Assembly (NCBI GenBank): GCA_964016885.1 | Contig: OZ024742.1 | Location: forward strand, 173,786,001-173,850,000 | Length of the DNA: 64,000 nucleotides | Direction of reading: 5' to 3' | Origin: Eledone cirrhosa | Lineage: Eukaryota | Part shown: positions 14,165 through 29,403 of the stretch, piece after piece | Position numbering within the stretch: position 1 is the stretch's first letter | How the letters are laid out: each line of letters opens with the position of its first letter | Notes under the pieces: generated by a model | Seen by the model: only the letters and a program-made list of their open reading frames with translations | Told to the model about the DNA's origin: nothing | Databases searched by the model: none | Translations under genes and position numbers: made by a program

Positions 14165-15672
14165 TCACTCTTCAACGCTACTGGTAACATGTAACCGAGT
14201 ACAACCTGTTCATGATCGTATCTTCGGCGACTAAAATAGCAACCCCATCAAGTTTGTTTGATGAGAAAGGTGATTTTGGACACCATGTTGGATGAAAAAC
14301 TAAATCGGTCAAATAGCGGAGAAACTTGGGAGAGTCAATGGCTATCCAATAAAGATTTGTTTGTGAAGCGAGACACTCTTAGTCTTTCTTAAGACATCTC
14401 TCTAGGTCCCTTTCATATACAACCTGCGACTTTGTTTGTATTTAATGATGTAGACCAGTTCTTCCTTTTGGATAAATTCACTCGATGTTCAGAGAGTGGG
14501 ATTGGCCCCGTGCAAAGCCTTTCTTCACCTAAAAAGGTGTCAAGCTCAGGCATCATTGGATATATGACATGTTTTTTAGATACATTGTATCACTGGTCAT
14601 AGGCAAGTCCCTAACAGGGCTAAAAGCTCTCGTCCGGGATACTCATGATTACGTATCAAGCAATGGCATTACTCTAAATCGAGTTGCAGTCATCATGTAT
14701 GTATATGTGTAAGCATGAATGAATGTATGTATGTATGTATGTATGTATGTATGTATGTATGTATGTATGTATGTATGTATGTACACGTCGGGAGAGGGAA
14801 ATACTGGGTTTAATGCCCGAGTATACAGTTAGCCGACCTGGAGTGAGAAACCCCTAGTTGTACTTATCAGCACATCATTTTAGAGGAAGGAAAACCCTCG
14901 TGTAAAACCTGCAGCTCGATGGCAGCCAATGATGTTAACCTGTTCATTTTGAAGACCTGCCACTGTTGTCCAGAGAGTAGGATTGGTCCAGTAAAAGACA
15001 TTTATTTACTTCAAAAACCTTCAAGAACAGGCATCACTTCATATAAACGACTTTCACGTGTGTTACATCAGTACGACATTTTCTTTTTTCTTTCGGTGCA
15101 GCATATGCAGAAAGGCATCTAAGTCATTGGCAGGGCTAAATAGTCATGGTCGTACCAAAAGGTTCAAGGGAGGGTAAGTTTCGAAACCGAGATGCAGCCA
15201 ATATGTATGTATGTATGTAAGTATGTATGTGTGTAAGAGTCAATGGCCATCCAAAATCACCGGGAGAGATGACCCCTTAGCCTTTGTCAAGGCAGAATTC
15301 TAGGAGAAGGAAAACTCTGATATAACACCTGCAACCCTGATGGTATCCAATGATGTTGACTTGTTCTTCTTTTTGGTAAATATCATCTTGGTTAAGAGAG
15401 TGGGACTGGCTTTGTGCAGTGCCTTTGCTCACTATAAAAGCTTCACAGCACAGGCATTGCTTTGTATCTGGAGATCTCTCTGCACTTGTCCTCACATGGT
15501 ACCATGGGCCCAGCACTATGTGTCAATAATTGTCGCAAGTGTAGTGTTTGTACCAGAGTTTTCAAGTCGCTGGCTGGACTAAAAGGTCACACTCGTTCAG
15601 CGCATCGGTAGGGGTTCTCCTACATGGATATAAAGTAGTGGCCGTACTCGAAAACGAGTTGGCAGCCACCAT
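14165..15672 (+). mobile_element. Three head-to-tail copies (14165-14697, 14786-15202, 15234-15672) of an RTE-derived bipartite non-autonomous element, separated by (GTAT)n
   Basis: Youngest copy has the RTE-type 5' motif ttagcctttgtcaaggcagaattctaggagaaggaaaactctg, a C2H2 remnant CSVCTRVFKSLAGLKGHTRSAHR* (15540-15611) and 3' end gtactcgaaaacgagttggcagccaccat(gtat)n. The older copies share diverged blocks. Confidence 0.8.
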
Positions 15673-16220
15673 GTATGTATGTATGTATGTATGTACGTAT
15701 ATATGTATGTATATACCCGCAACTCATGTGGAATCAAATGTGCGCCGTAGTGAGATACGGTTAGTCTTATGCATTTGAGCATTTCTAAGCTTGGTGGCGG
15801 CCCATCTCCTCTGAAGGCCAGGGCCTGCATGAAGCGGGAAATAGATAAAGGATTAAAAATCAGATGCTTTTTACGTGACATTGATTCATATAGATCTTGG
15901 ACAGAGAAAGCTTGTCAATTTAAATTATCCAACACAACACCTAGTAAACGCCATTGCATTCCGAGTAGTTTCGGTGGATTAAGTATTCATTTACTAACGT
16001 TTGCTTCTTAAAATCTGGAAATAATTTAATGAAACCGAACGATATCAAAACCTATGCAAGGAACATGATGCTTTTTGCAAACTTCCTTATAAGACAAAAT
16101 GATTTATCTTGTATGAATTAATGTCTATTTATTGTGTACTGTAAATTTGTACATATACATATATATACTGGGGAGGGCCATATTGTTTTAATATTGCCAG
16201 AAATAATAATAAAACACACT

Positions 16221-16267
<47 letters not shown>

Positions 16268-16299
16268 TCGTGCTTTACACATATGTGTGTCTCAACAAC

Positions 16300-17560
16300 G
16301 TCAGAACGGATTTGTACGAACTGGATTACTCTCTGAAGGATATTCTCACTCCCTCCAACCATGTTTACTTAAAGATTGTCCTACAAAAAGAGGAAGATGT
16401 CGTCAAACGCTTAAGATGATGAGCCCTAGCTTTTGACGGTAAAATTAGAGGCACCAGTAACACCTTCAATCTGAAATCGAGAGTCTACCCTCTTTAGATA
16501 ACTGAACACGCTCCTTTTGAAGCGGACCTTCTTGACGTAGTCGCTAACATTTCCTTTCGCGAACACTCTAGCACCTTCGAAAACAAACTTAGAAATGATA
16601 TTAAGAAATTTAGGTCTACCAATAACACTTTCGATCTTTCTGACAAAACCAATAATATTTACGAAGTCGACAACACTGCTTACAGCCACTTGGCACGTAA
16701 CGCCATAACCTCTGAATATAAGAAGGCTAACCCTACCGCCTACCACGACATCAATACAGAAGCCAAAGACCTTACTAAACCCGGAACGCACGGAAATGGG
16801 ACTAGTCAGTAAGGCTATACTTAGGAACATAGTTAAGACCATTAGGACCAAGTCCAGCCTGTCCCTGTGGGAGAAGAACGACTCCGTCATTAGGTGGTTC
16901 AACTCCTTCAACTCCAAAAAATCGAAGTTCACGCAATTCGACATTGTGGATTTTTACCCGTCGATCTCAGCGACCCTGTTGAACAACCCATTGGAAAGAT
17001 TTAAGGAACGCTTCCTGAACTATAGGTCGACCTTTAGGTACCCGGACAAACGGCCGTCCATGAAGCTCGCCAGATACGTATGGTCCCTCAAAGACTATCA
17101 CCAAGTCCAAGCCATACACATGGGGTAATCCGTCTTGTGGACTGTGTACTGAAGAAAGGATCAATATTCTAAGGGGATTACACAGTAGCGATTGCCTAAG
17201 TTCAAGGAATGAACTTTTCTCACGTTGTCCACACATCTGGAAACATCTCTTGCATAACAACAAAGCTCCGGATTCAATAACATCAACATTCTAATATTCT
17301 AATCAATTCGAACAATTTATTCCGGAAATTCGCATTTATCTCCCTTACACCTTTCGACCGTGGATTTTTATCGCTTGGGAGAATTGACCGTTTATGTGCA
17401 TGCGCATTCATACGGTAGTTTCTCCTTTTCCTGTTCCGTATAACCATTATTAGTCCGAACTGAAGATTCGCAAGGTGAAACAATTGTCCTCGGTATTGTG
17501 AACTAACTGTTGTGTTACTAATTTTTACTACTGATTACAATGTAAAATTCGTGTCAATTA
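16300..17560 (+). mobile_element. Internally deleted, decayed Penelope-like element (Hydra-clade-like)
   Basis: Motifs YSLKDILTPS..Y, FEADLL..VANISF, SDKTNNIY, LLNPERTEMGLVSK.IL, WEKNDSVIRWF, FDIVDFYPSIS, then a jump to FKERF.NY..TF, LARYVWSLKD, CGLCTEER, RNELFSRCPH. Preceded by (TA)n; HHR downstream. Confidence 0.78.
17455..17493 (+). ncRNA. Minimal type I hammerhead ribozyme motif in PLE 3' region
   Basis: ccgaa-CTGAAGA-ttcgcaaggt-GAAA-caattg(palindrome)-TC-ctcgg. Stem II is weak and stem I has one mismatch. Confidence 0.7.
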
Positions 17561-18366
17561 GCATTGACATCATGGAAGTAGAAATGGCTGAAACCGAAAG
17601 CTAAATTAATTAAATAATTATTATTTTATTATTTCACTTAATTCAATCATTTGACTGCAGCCAGGTTAGGACACCACCTGTCATTTAGCCTATCACAACG
17701 ATTCTAATTATTTTCTTTACAAATCTGATACTGATTTTTCATATTTTCATTTTATCCTTTCCCCAAAGCCAAACTATCATATTTCTATTGCTTTCATTTT
17801 GAATATTTTAAACATTGTTGCGAGCACATAAATAATGGGATTCCACCCGGAAATTAGCGACTGTGAAGAGTACACCTTAACCACACAGCCATAATGCGTC
17901 CACAAACACAAAACTAACAATTTATTTTTGCTCGGTTTACTAGAAACAGCAGCGATATCGTATCGACCTCATAGAAGAAAAACAAAGGAAAGACACATTA
18001 GTCAATGATACATTCCTGAAACACAGAAGAGATGGTCAAGGCTACAATGCTTTTAATTATAGGTCTTCGCTCTTCCCTGGAAAGGTGAGTCAAAGTGTAA
18101 ATAACTGTCTAAAGTAATGTCGGTGTACTCATGATGTATTGGCAATCGAGAATACCATAACTTCAATACGACTTCATCACAGTAATATGCCTCACACTCT
18201 TATAGTCGTGATATCATTGAAACATACACAGCTTTTGTGGGTATATATCAGAAACTCACGTTCACTAACACGAACACACAATATACATTTCTCTCCCTCT
18301 CTCTCTTCCTTTCTCTCTCTCCTTCTCCCTCCCGCCTCTCTCGCCTCTCTCTCTCTCACTCTCTCC

Positions 18367-18403
<37 letters not shown>

Positions 18404-18428
18404 TATATATATACGCATATATGTGCGT

Positions 18429-18497
<69 letters not shown>

Positions 18498-18628
18498 TGT
18501 TTGTATGCAAGAGGATACTGTGCTGTCAACAAATGTCAGAAATCAGTAAATTCAAACAAATATATCCAAACACAGTATGATATATGTATATATTTGTGTG
18601 TGCGTGTGTATATAAAAAATAAATAAAT

Positions 18629-18712
<84 letters not shown>

Positions 18713-18759
18713 ATGTATATATATATATACATACACACACACACACACACAAACACACG

Positions 18760-18812
<53 letters not shown>

Positions 18813-19116
18813 CGAAATGACAGCAAACAAAAAAACAGACAAACGCTGGAATAAATGTTACATATATATGTATGTTATATATATATGTGTATATAAATGT
18901 ATATTATATATGTATATGTATAGTTGTATGTATGTAACAATGTATGTATTTGTGCATGGGTATGTATGAGATATCCATACAAAACAATGTTTAACTAATT
19001 ATTAGTGCTTTATTTGTTGCAGATGTAGTTTCTAGCAGAATACCTATCCTTATTTTGACAAACAAAAACAGACTTCATGATGTAAATAAAAGTCCACTTC
19101 AAACTCGAGGCTGGAT

Positions 19117-19546
19117 ATGATGGTAGTGGTGGTAGTCATGGGGTTGGTGGTGATGGTGTTGTTGTTGTTGATGGTGGTGGTTGTGGTGGTGGTGGTAGTG
19201 GCGGTGGTGGTGGTATTGGTCATGGTATTGGTGATGGTTGTGGTGGTGGTGGTTGTGGTTGTGGTGGTTGGTGGTGGTGGTGGTGGTGGAGGTAGTGGTG
19301 CTTATGGTAATGATGAAGGTGGTAGTGGTGGTGGTTTGTAGTAGTCCTGGCGGTGGTGATGATGATGATGATGCTTATGATTTATGGGGATGGTGTTGCT
19401 TATGAGGACAATAATGTTGATATAAAAACGACGATAATAATGGTGATTATGGTGATTATAGTATTGTGGAGGGAGAGGTGTAATGGAGTTGAATATTAAA
19501 ACGAACAGTAAAGGTAAAAAAAAAATCGAAAATAGTACTTGTAGTT

Positions 19547-19614
<68 letters not shown>

Positions 19615-19670
19615 AAGAAGAAGAAGAAGAAGAGGAATGACAACTATAATAATCATGATAATCATGATAA
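19117..19670. repeat. Trinucleotide repeat cluster (GGT)n, (GAT)n, (AAT)n(AAG)n
   Basis: Read directly. Confidence 0.95.
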
Positions 19671-20160
19671 CCATTCATGTTCGAGAAAAAATATGATAAA
19701 GATAAAATGTTCAACTTTGATTTCTAAAAACAAAATTGTATTTTTCTCTAAAAAAAGATTATTAGATATATGTTTTAGTTGATGCTAGTGTTTTCTTAAT
19801 ACTGTCAACTATTTTCTAGTTTTAATTCATGGACATTTTGTTAGTTTTTTCTTGGTGCTGTTAATGGTAGTGTTGTTATGGTTACTGTTGCATTACTTGT
19901 TTCCTCTCTAACTTTAAACTACTATAAATATATCTGTATTAGTTCATGAAAAAATGTTCTTGGAATTTTTTCTTTATTTTCTGCCCGTCTCCCCTGTTGA
20001 TTATTGCTTATTAAATAAACATGATAGTTATCTCTCTAGTTTTATGTACGTATGTATGCTAATACACTGTACATGAGTTCATGTATATTGATATATGATG
20101 GTGTAAAATATGTATGAAGGAAAGCATATATATATGCATGAATGTTTACATATAAATATG

Positions 20161-20990
<830 letters not shown>

Positions 20991-21160
20991 ATATATATAT
21001 ATATATATGTGTGTATGTATACATTATATATATGTATACATGCATATTTAATTTGTATATATGATATACACATACTCATATATATATGTATAGATATATA
21101 TGTATATATATATATGTGTGTGTATATGTGTGTGTTTGTGTATTTGTGTGTATATATTTA

Positions 21161-21273
<113 letters not shown>

Positions 21274-21424
21274 ATATAGTCTTTTGTATGGAATCCTAAA
21301 GAATTTACTCTTTAATATCACGATCTGTCCCTCCCATTGACTGAAGAACCTAAATACCCTTTCTCGAAACCAATGACGATCGATTTACAACCAAACATAC
21401 ATACATACATAAATACATACATAG

Positions 21425-22090
21425 CTCTGATACTAAACATAGTAAAAGCTATAGCAATGTGGAAGACATCCATGTACATAATATGCAAGAGTACTGGTGG
21501 AATGTTCCAGTAAAAACCCCAATAAAATGCAGCATAACAGTCCAGATATTATGATATGGGACAGGGAGAAGAAAGCATACACAGTAGTGGAAATTAGCTG
21601 CCAAGCAGATGCCAATATAATATCAAAGATTAGTGAAGAGGAGAATATTTATACAGAACTGATGAGAAATCTGCAGATACTCCACCCTGATTACACCTTC
21701 AGATTTATGCCTGCGATTATTGGGACACTGGGGTATGTTAGTATACAAATCTTGAGAAGCTAGGCTTCACAGGAACAGAAAGAACACAACTAGTTAGGAA
21801 ATTACAAGTACAGTCCATTAATGGAACTGTAAAAATATGTAAAACTTTCCAAAATATTTGCATCTAATAACTGCATATACACATATACAGATGCAAACCA
21901 TATACACATGCACACATACAACTCAAAACATCCACATCCACACATACAATAACATCCATATCTACACATGCATGCATACATAATCTACCCAGTTGATGTG
22001 TAAATTCCAATGAGAGAGTCTTGTGTCTTTGTAAGAAACTGACTCTCTCTTTATTGGAAACAATTTGTGAAATTATAAAACCAGAAGAAC
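21425..22090 (+). mobile_element. 3' end of an RLE-endonuclease LINE (R4/Dong-like) within (CATA)n; second diverged fragment at ~22140-22420
   Basis: HNSPDIMIWDREKK..VVEISCQAD.NI..K...NIY..L...LQ.L.P...F.PAIIGTLG is a PD-(D/E)xK restriction-like endonuclease. (CATA)n on both sides. Confidence 0.8.
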
Positions 22091-24174
22091 ATACATACAT
22101 ACATGATGATGAACATACATACATACACACACACAACTCGGTGTCAATGTAGTAATTAAAATACAAGAGAAGAATGATATCTACAGACATTTCATTAGGA
22201 ATTTGCACATCATTCATTTTCATACCAATTTTTATTGGAGCTATAGGATATATACCAACAAGTCTGGAACAAATCATTTCTGAACTTGGATTCTTGGAGA
22301 AAGAACACGCCTGCTCAATTCATAAACTACACATGGCCACGATATCGAGAACCTTCAAAATGAGTAAAACATAGTTAGATTCAAAGGATGAACGATTGCA
22401 CAAGGGACGTTGGAAATTACGTTTCCTTAACAACCTTTGTCGCCAGGAATGAAGCTGGCCATAGATTTTTGATAGCCATATGGCTTTCCTTTCAAGAATA
22501 TCAGCTTATAATCAATTGTAGTTTTTGTTTCATCTCCAAAATTTGTTTCTCGTTTATTTTCCAATATTTTCTGTTGGTGAGAAAACAGATATGTGTTTGT
22601 TTGCAGGTGTTAAGTGTTTCCACTTTTGTAGTTCAGCGAGGTATTTGTCCATCTTCCAAATACAACTTTTCTTAGTTTGCGTATACATAGACAGAGGATT
22701 TCTTAAAGGAAGGTAAATAATTATGTTGTCAATATTCCCTAGTTCTAATTATCAATTACTACCGAAATAAAATTAGTGGGTCTTTGATCCATATTAGTTT
22801 AATGTAGAAGATGGATGAAAATTGAAATATTTTCTTTAATTTTTTCATTAAACATAGGTCTCAGGTGTTTATATTCTTTGCACTCGCAGTTCGTAATACT
22901 TATCCTTCTTAAGATGTTGCTATAGTTACGGACAGTAAGATCTAGGTCAGCTATACTGTGAGCTAACATAATTGTTATTTGTTCACCATCTATTGTTGGC
23001 AATAACATTATTATCACCAGTCCTGCTTTTGTGTTCACCCAATAGGGCTTATTGGCGTAATTATTTCGTCTCAAAATAAATCTGCTCTGGTGAGGTTCAT
23101 ACGGGTGTATTTTTATTCTATTCATATTGAGGGATGTTTTGTGCCATTTTATAGCAATTACATAAGCCATTATCAAGTTTATAACTCTAAGAAAATGTAC
23201 TTGATAGTTTCGATTTCTCCTATAAATACAGCTAATTAGATTCTGTTGAACTCTTTCGATGTTGTTTTTCTTCGTTTTCTTCACCGCTGTTTATATTTTC
23301 ATGTCCAGCCTTGTTGTTTTGCATGGCGAATTCAAGTTTGAGACACACATCTCTAGCTAGAAATGCGAATAAAAGGTTTCTTCAATAAATATAATGATAA
23401 GAAACACCATTTTTTTTAAAAGGTTGATAATGGTAGCATTAATGTTGGAGATATTATTCAAGGCAACTTCAGTGAATAATCTTTGAGGGTTGTGTCTGTT
23501 TTTCTTCACAATAATTCAGTTAAATACTAAGAAAGTGACGAGATTATTTGTTAACTTTAAACCACTTTCAATGATTCGTAAATATGTGAGTCGGTGTATA
23601 CATGTGAGTAGATGTATATACTTGTACTCATATTATCCCTGAATATCTCTCTTTAGGATATATATATATATGTGTGTGTGTGTGTGCGTGTGTGCATGTG
23701 TGGGTGCGTGCGTCTGTGTGCGTATGTGGGATTGATTGTTCTTTAAGTATGAGTGTATGTCATACGCATTAATACGCTTGCATCAATATATTCATTCTTA
23801 ATGGTGGGATCATGGCCGTATAGTTAACAGGTTTGCTTTTCCATCGTTAAATTCCGGGTTGATCCTAATACATAATATCTTGCGCCAGTGTCATTTACCA
23901 AAGCATCTGATCTACAGAAACCTTGCAAGAGAATTTGAGTAAAGGGAAACTCTGTGAAAGACCGTCGGATTGACTGTACCAGTAATTCAAGGAGACCGCG
24001 TGTCATGCGTTGCATCACTCTGAATCTCCTAGAATTCCGTTAAGGGTATACGTATTTGGAATTTCCAGTCACTTAAATGTTAATTTCATGAGCAGGCTCT
24101 TCCGGTGATCGAAATATCAAAAATCTGGAACACTCATCGTTGAAGTATAGATGCTTTTAACGTTTAACTTTATA

Positions 24175-24531
24175 TCTACTATATAAATCGCAATGTCTGT
24201 CTGTGTATAGCCAGTTGACGCCTACACTAGTGATCCGATCCAGATGAAACTTTCCACACATGTTAAGCTCATATTCAGAAACAGGACTGGCAATGATGGA
24301 AACCCTGGGGAAATCTTTACAATGCCGGAGGAAAGAGAAGATATTTCAGTGAGGGGGTAGGTAAGAGGTGATAATACTACTGTATGTTAAACGCTCTCTT
24401 CCACTACTCCCCTTCCTCCTCCCACAACTCAGTCCTCCAAAATGAGACAACAACTTATTAGAAATTTACATAAAGAAATTTCAAACTAAGCAGACTACAA
24501 TCTAGTTTTGGTTGACAACTGAACAGCTGTC

Positions 24532-24578
<47 letters not shown>

Positions 24579-25491
24579 GTTGTTTTTTTTTACAAAATGA
24601 ATACAAACCGAGGTGTCCTACACGAGTGAAAGTATGAGGAAATAAGATAAAATCGAAAGTGCAACTGGAGTCTTTTTTATTTTGAATATATATTTATTTC
24701 GTTCCTTTGCCGGTTTCACAGTTCTTCTGCTTTTCAAAAGTAGAATTGAATAGGGTTTTGTGGGAGAAAAACCACAAACCCACCATCTCAATTCTACTTT
24801 TGAAAAGCAGAAGAACTGCGAAACCGGTAAAGGAACCAAATAAATATATATAAAAAAAAAAAACACTCCAGTTGCATTTTCGATTTCATCATTTTTCCTT
24901 ATATATATATATCACATCCACTGATATGGATTCTTAACAGCTGCACACGCTTAGGTCATATTATGGTCAACTGCAGGAATCGGTGATAAGTTACAAAAAA
25001 GTGTGATGATCAATGACCTAGAAGTTGGCATACCGTAAGTTTAGTCTGAAGAATAGAACCCAAATCGCACGATGCCGAATATTTTTACTCCCGGCATGTT
25101 AATTGTAACATGCAGTCTTTGAGAGTAGAGTTTATTTTGTCGATATTTCGAGGTGTCGGATCGTGGGAAGATTAACACAAATTAAGAAGATGTAACATCT
25201 CCCCCATTATTGACACTTTGCAACAGTGAAAGTTTCAAGGTCCTCTTTAGGGCCAACACTTTTCATTGTTTATACGACTCATAGTGTGTTTTCCGGGTTA
25301 TGTCTACAATTGGGGGAAATGGGATGGTTTTATTGAATTGAAAAAATTGATGTGCCATAAACACACCTAGCAAAGGTTGCTATTGAAAATCCAATGTGGG
25401 TACCCAGGGTCGCTAGCATTTTCTGGCGCCCTCTGAAGACAGCGAATAACCCCACCTTTCCCGGGCGGGTATTACCGGGTACAACAGCAAG
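24175..25491 (+). mobile_element. Non-autonomous Helitron-like element
   Basis: 5' a|TCtactatataaatcgcaatgtctgtctg. 3' hairpin cccgg..ccggg followed by tacaacagCAAG|t (CTAG-like). Inserted at A|T with no TSD. Confidence 0.65.
24633..24902. repeat. Fold-back mini-element with HHR-like motif (24795-24834), nested in the Helitron
   Basis: Arms 24633-24750 and 24789-24902. Motif ctt-TTGAAAA-gcag aagaa ctgc-GAAA-ccgg-TA-aag. (TA)n near both flanks. Confidence 0.7.
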
Positions 25492-25951
25492 TATATGTAT
25501 ATATATATATCCAGGAAAAATTTGAACCGTTAAGTTCTTCTTTCCTGGTTATGTCAATATTTATAAAACAAACTTTGTATTTTATCTGATGAGGGTACTC
25601 TTGAAATATATATAATAGAATAAATATGGATTTATTATTTATATAGTTTCCATTTATTTAATATGATTGAATATTATACTCCAGAAATTCTGTTGAGTGC
25701 TTTGAATCAGTTATAAACATTTATATTTGTTGAATTACCAACAAATTGAATATCCCTTTTGCTTATATATATATAATTATTATAGATAACGAGGAATCAG
25801 TAATGCATCGAGCATCGAGTGCTCAAACGCCATACCGCACACAGACGCATTTAATTGCAACCCTACAACAGTTATATATATATATATATATATATAAAAA
25901 TCGGAAATTGCAGTACAATTATTGAAAATATATTATTATCAACCCTACAAC

Positions 25952-26162
<211 letters not shown>

Positions 26163-26364
26163 TATACATATATATACATATATATATATACATATATATA
26201 TATATATGTATATACATATATATATAAATATATATATATATATGATAATAATATATGTTCAATAATTGTACTGCAATTTGCGATCTTTAATGCGCAGACA
26301 TTTCATATGACACGTCAAAACATGATTCATCCTCAATTAATGTCATTACATAGTTTCTGATGTA

Positions 26365-26484
<120 letters not shown>

Positions 26485-26699
26485 CATACATATATCGATT
26501 ATCGTGAAATATATGTGATCTCGTCGTTCTATAAAATAAGGCCTCCCGGTTAGCCATTCATTTATTAATTTTGCCATGAAAAGATAAAACTGTGTTGGGA
26601 AACATAACTCTATTTATTGCAATTATGAACCATTTTCCGATCTGAAAATATCATTTAAATTTATAAGGAGTTCTTCAGAATATAATACCAAAGATTGTG

Positions 26700-27480
26700 T
26701 AGGAATTCCTATCAACTATTTCAAAAACATTCGTGCATGAATTATTTCTGTTCTACAGGGAAGTGAATACATCGAGGTATAATAGCAGTGTATATAATTA
26801 CTTGTCCTGACAGACTATATCAAGAGTGTTATCTCTGGTTTGATGTTCTTGTTTCAGAAGAGATGTGAGATTTGTATTTTTGTCAGAAAGTTCACTAGCT
26901 TAAGGTAGTGCATCATATTTATTCTGGTGGTGCTTCGTTGCTAAGCAATAGTGTATATCTGATTGAATAATCGTATGCTAAATGTCCTTCTATATATTAG
27001 GGATTACATTATTTAGAATTCCTTTTGTTCTGAAAGAGGTAGAATGTAACTGCACGGAGTCTGTGTCGATGACTGCCGCATAGGCCTTCACGTTAGACAT
27101 TCAGGAATTTAGAAGCTGTGGGAATTGTTACAATGCTGACCAGTTGTTTCCTATACAACTTACCTGCAGAACAAGCCATAATGTATTATATCACCATCAT
27201 ATAATTTAACCTATGGTAGACAATGAATTTATTGCTCTATTTTTGTTAAGATATATGTTGGTATTCTGACTCATGAATACTTCACATTGGCAACGGTAAA
27301 GTGTGTTTCATTTAATACCAGCTGTTCCTTCTATTCTTCTCTTCTAATGTCTACACTACCATATTTTTTATTGTGATGGTAGAAGAAACCTGTTTATACA
27401 TCCGTTTGTCCATGATGAAGTATCATTTGCAGCTGAATTCTTTGTGTATTACATTTTGTAGCAGAAGACAATGAACTAGT
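26700..27480 (-). mobile_element. Very old Tigger/pogo-like transposase remnant
   Basis: Minus-strand fragments in the expected order: SWTNGCINRF, GSVD, LMACSAG, LLLSNEAPP, KLVNFL..; many stops. Confidence 0.4.
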
Positions 27481-28339
27481 GCAGTTTATATAAAACGTCG
27501 TAAGATATGTGGTTAGGATTGTTTAGAAAATGCCGAAGCAATGCAATTTAGAAATAGAATAATGCAAATATAACAAAACTGTTTACAAATTTACTTTATA
27601 TTTCATATTTCGGGGTTAAGCCCTCTTTTTAACGGAAAGGAAATGGAATGTGATTGGTGTGACTAGCGAAGAAACGCATTTTATAAACCGAGGAAAATAA
27701 ACAAGATTTATGTTTTGTTTTTTTTTGCAAAATGGCACCGACAAATTTTGAATTCGCATGCATTTGTTCAATAGTGAGACCCATTAAACATTATCGTGCT
27801 TCAATCAGTGAATACAAAAGAAAATAATGGCTTTTGTCCATATACCTTGCGGACAAAATGGACTATTATAGGATTATATCAATGTAACTACTATCATCGT
27901 TTTCTCCAGATATCCAGGAACATTCAACCATATTTTCTCTCTAAACTCATACAAAAACGTGGTAAATAAATTACTATGTAAGTTGCCAGATATGCTTTGT
28001 TTTGTTTTTCCTTCCCAATAATGTTACTAAGAAAGTTAGAATTGCTATGGTTGTTGCTAAAATTGATTATTTATACCTTCGTATACGCAATGTCAGTATT
28101 ATACCTTTTGCTTTTAGCAGGCAGCGTACTGCACATAGCCTGCAGGATACAAATCTAATAAAATACTACCACTGTGATTTGAAATAGAAACTTGCCTTTT
28201 CTTTATTATGTCTAGTTATTTGGTTTCTTTATATATATATGTGAGTCTGTGTGTGTGTGTTAGTACACACATACATACAAACACACACACACACACACCC
28301 TCACACATACACACACACACTCACACACACACACACACT

Positions 28340-28372
<33 letters not shown>

Positions 28373-29100
28373 GTATATTATATATATATGTGTGTGTGTG
28401 TAAGTATTCATTTGTGTATGCAAACATGCAGATATCAAAATATACATGAATACAAATGTACATATATATAAATGTATGCATGTGTATTTGTATGTTTAAG
28501 CGCGTAAACTTGTGCTATATTTTGAAATAAGTTAGTAATACAACAGGCAATTGAAGAATTTGGTATGTATCAAGGAACAAATTCCCAAATGTTTTACACG
28601 ATTGTTGAACCTTTCCGAATATTGATATTTGGAGAAACCCATCTTATGTAAGTTCTATATAATTTAATTTGGTTCCAAATCCCCATGATGCTTGACTTGG
28701 AAAATGTCAAATTTATGATTAGATTAAAAGTATATATTTACGATTTTGTAGAGTTTTGCCAACGGGAAAATAATGATTTATGAAAATACGCATGAGACCT
28801 AAGGCAAATAGAAGGAGTTATTTAGAGGAATGAAATAACTCGTTTCTTTAAGAATGATACAAGCTCGTAATTTGAGAACACATTCTATGGTAAGTTAAGT
28901 TTATCCCTTGGATATTGTTTCACTCAATTCTGAAGAAAATGATACCATTGTTCCTCAGTTTCGAAAATTATTCAACATCAAACAATTTATCGTATGCTTT
29001 GAAGAACTAAATTCCTCCTACATCCTTTTGGAATTTCGCTTTAACAACTTATTTGGTTATTTGGGAGACAATAGAAATAGATACATTTGGTGCGAGAACA

Positions 29101-29180
<80 letters not shown>

Positions 29181-29216
29181 GTATGTACATTAGAATATAT
29201 ACATACATATATACAT

Positions 29217-29329
29217 GATGGCTGTCCCCTCGTTATCGAGTATGGCCATTGCACGAGGAGAAAACAAAAATGAATAAATAAATAAAAAATAAAATAAAAC
29301 AAAGAAAGAAATATATATATATATATATA

Positions 29330-29403
<74 letters not shown>

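Noticed and set aside
22799-23284. 161-aa minus-strand ORF
   Set aside because: GTG start, no recognisable motif; more likely UTR or non-coding.
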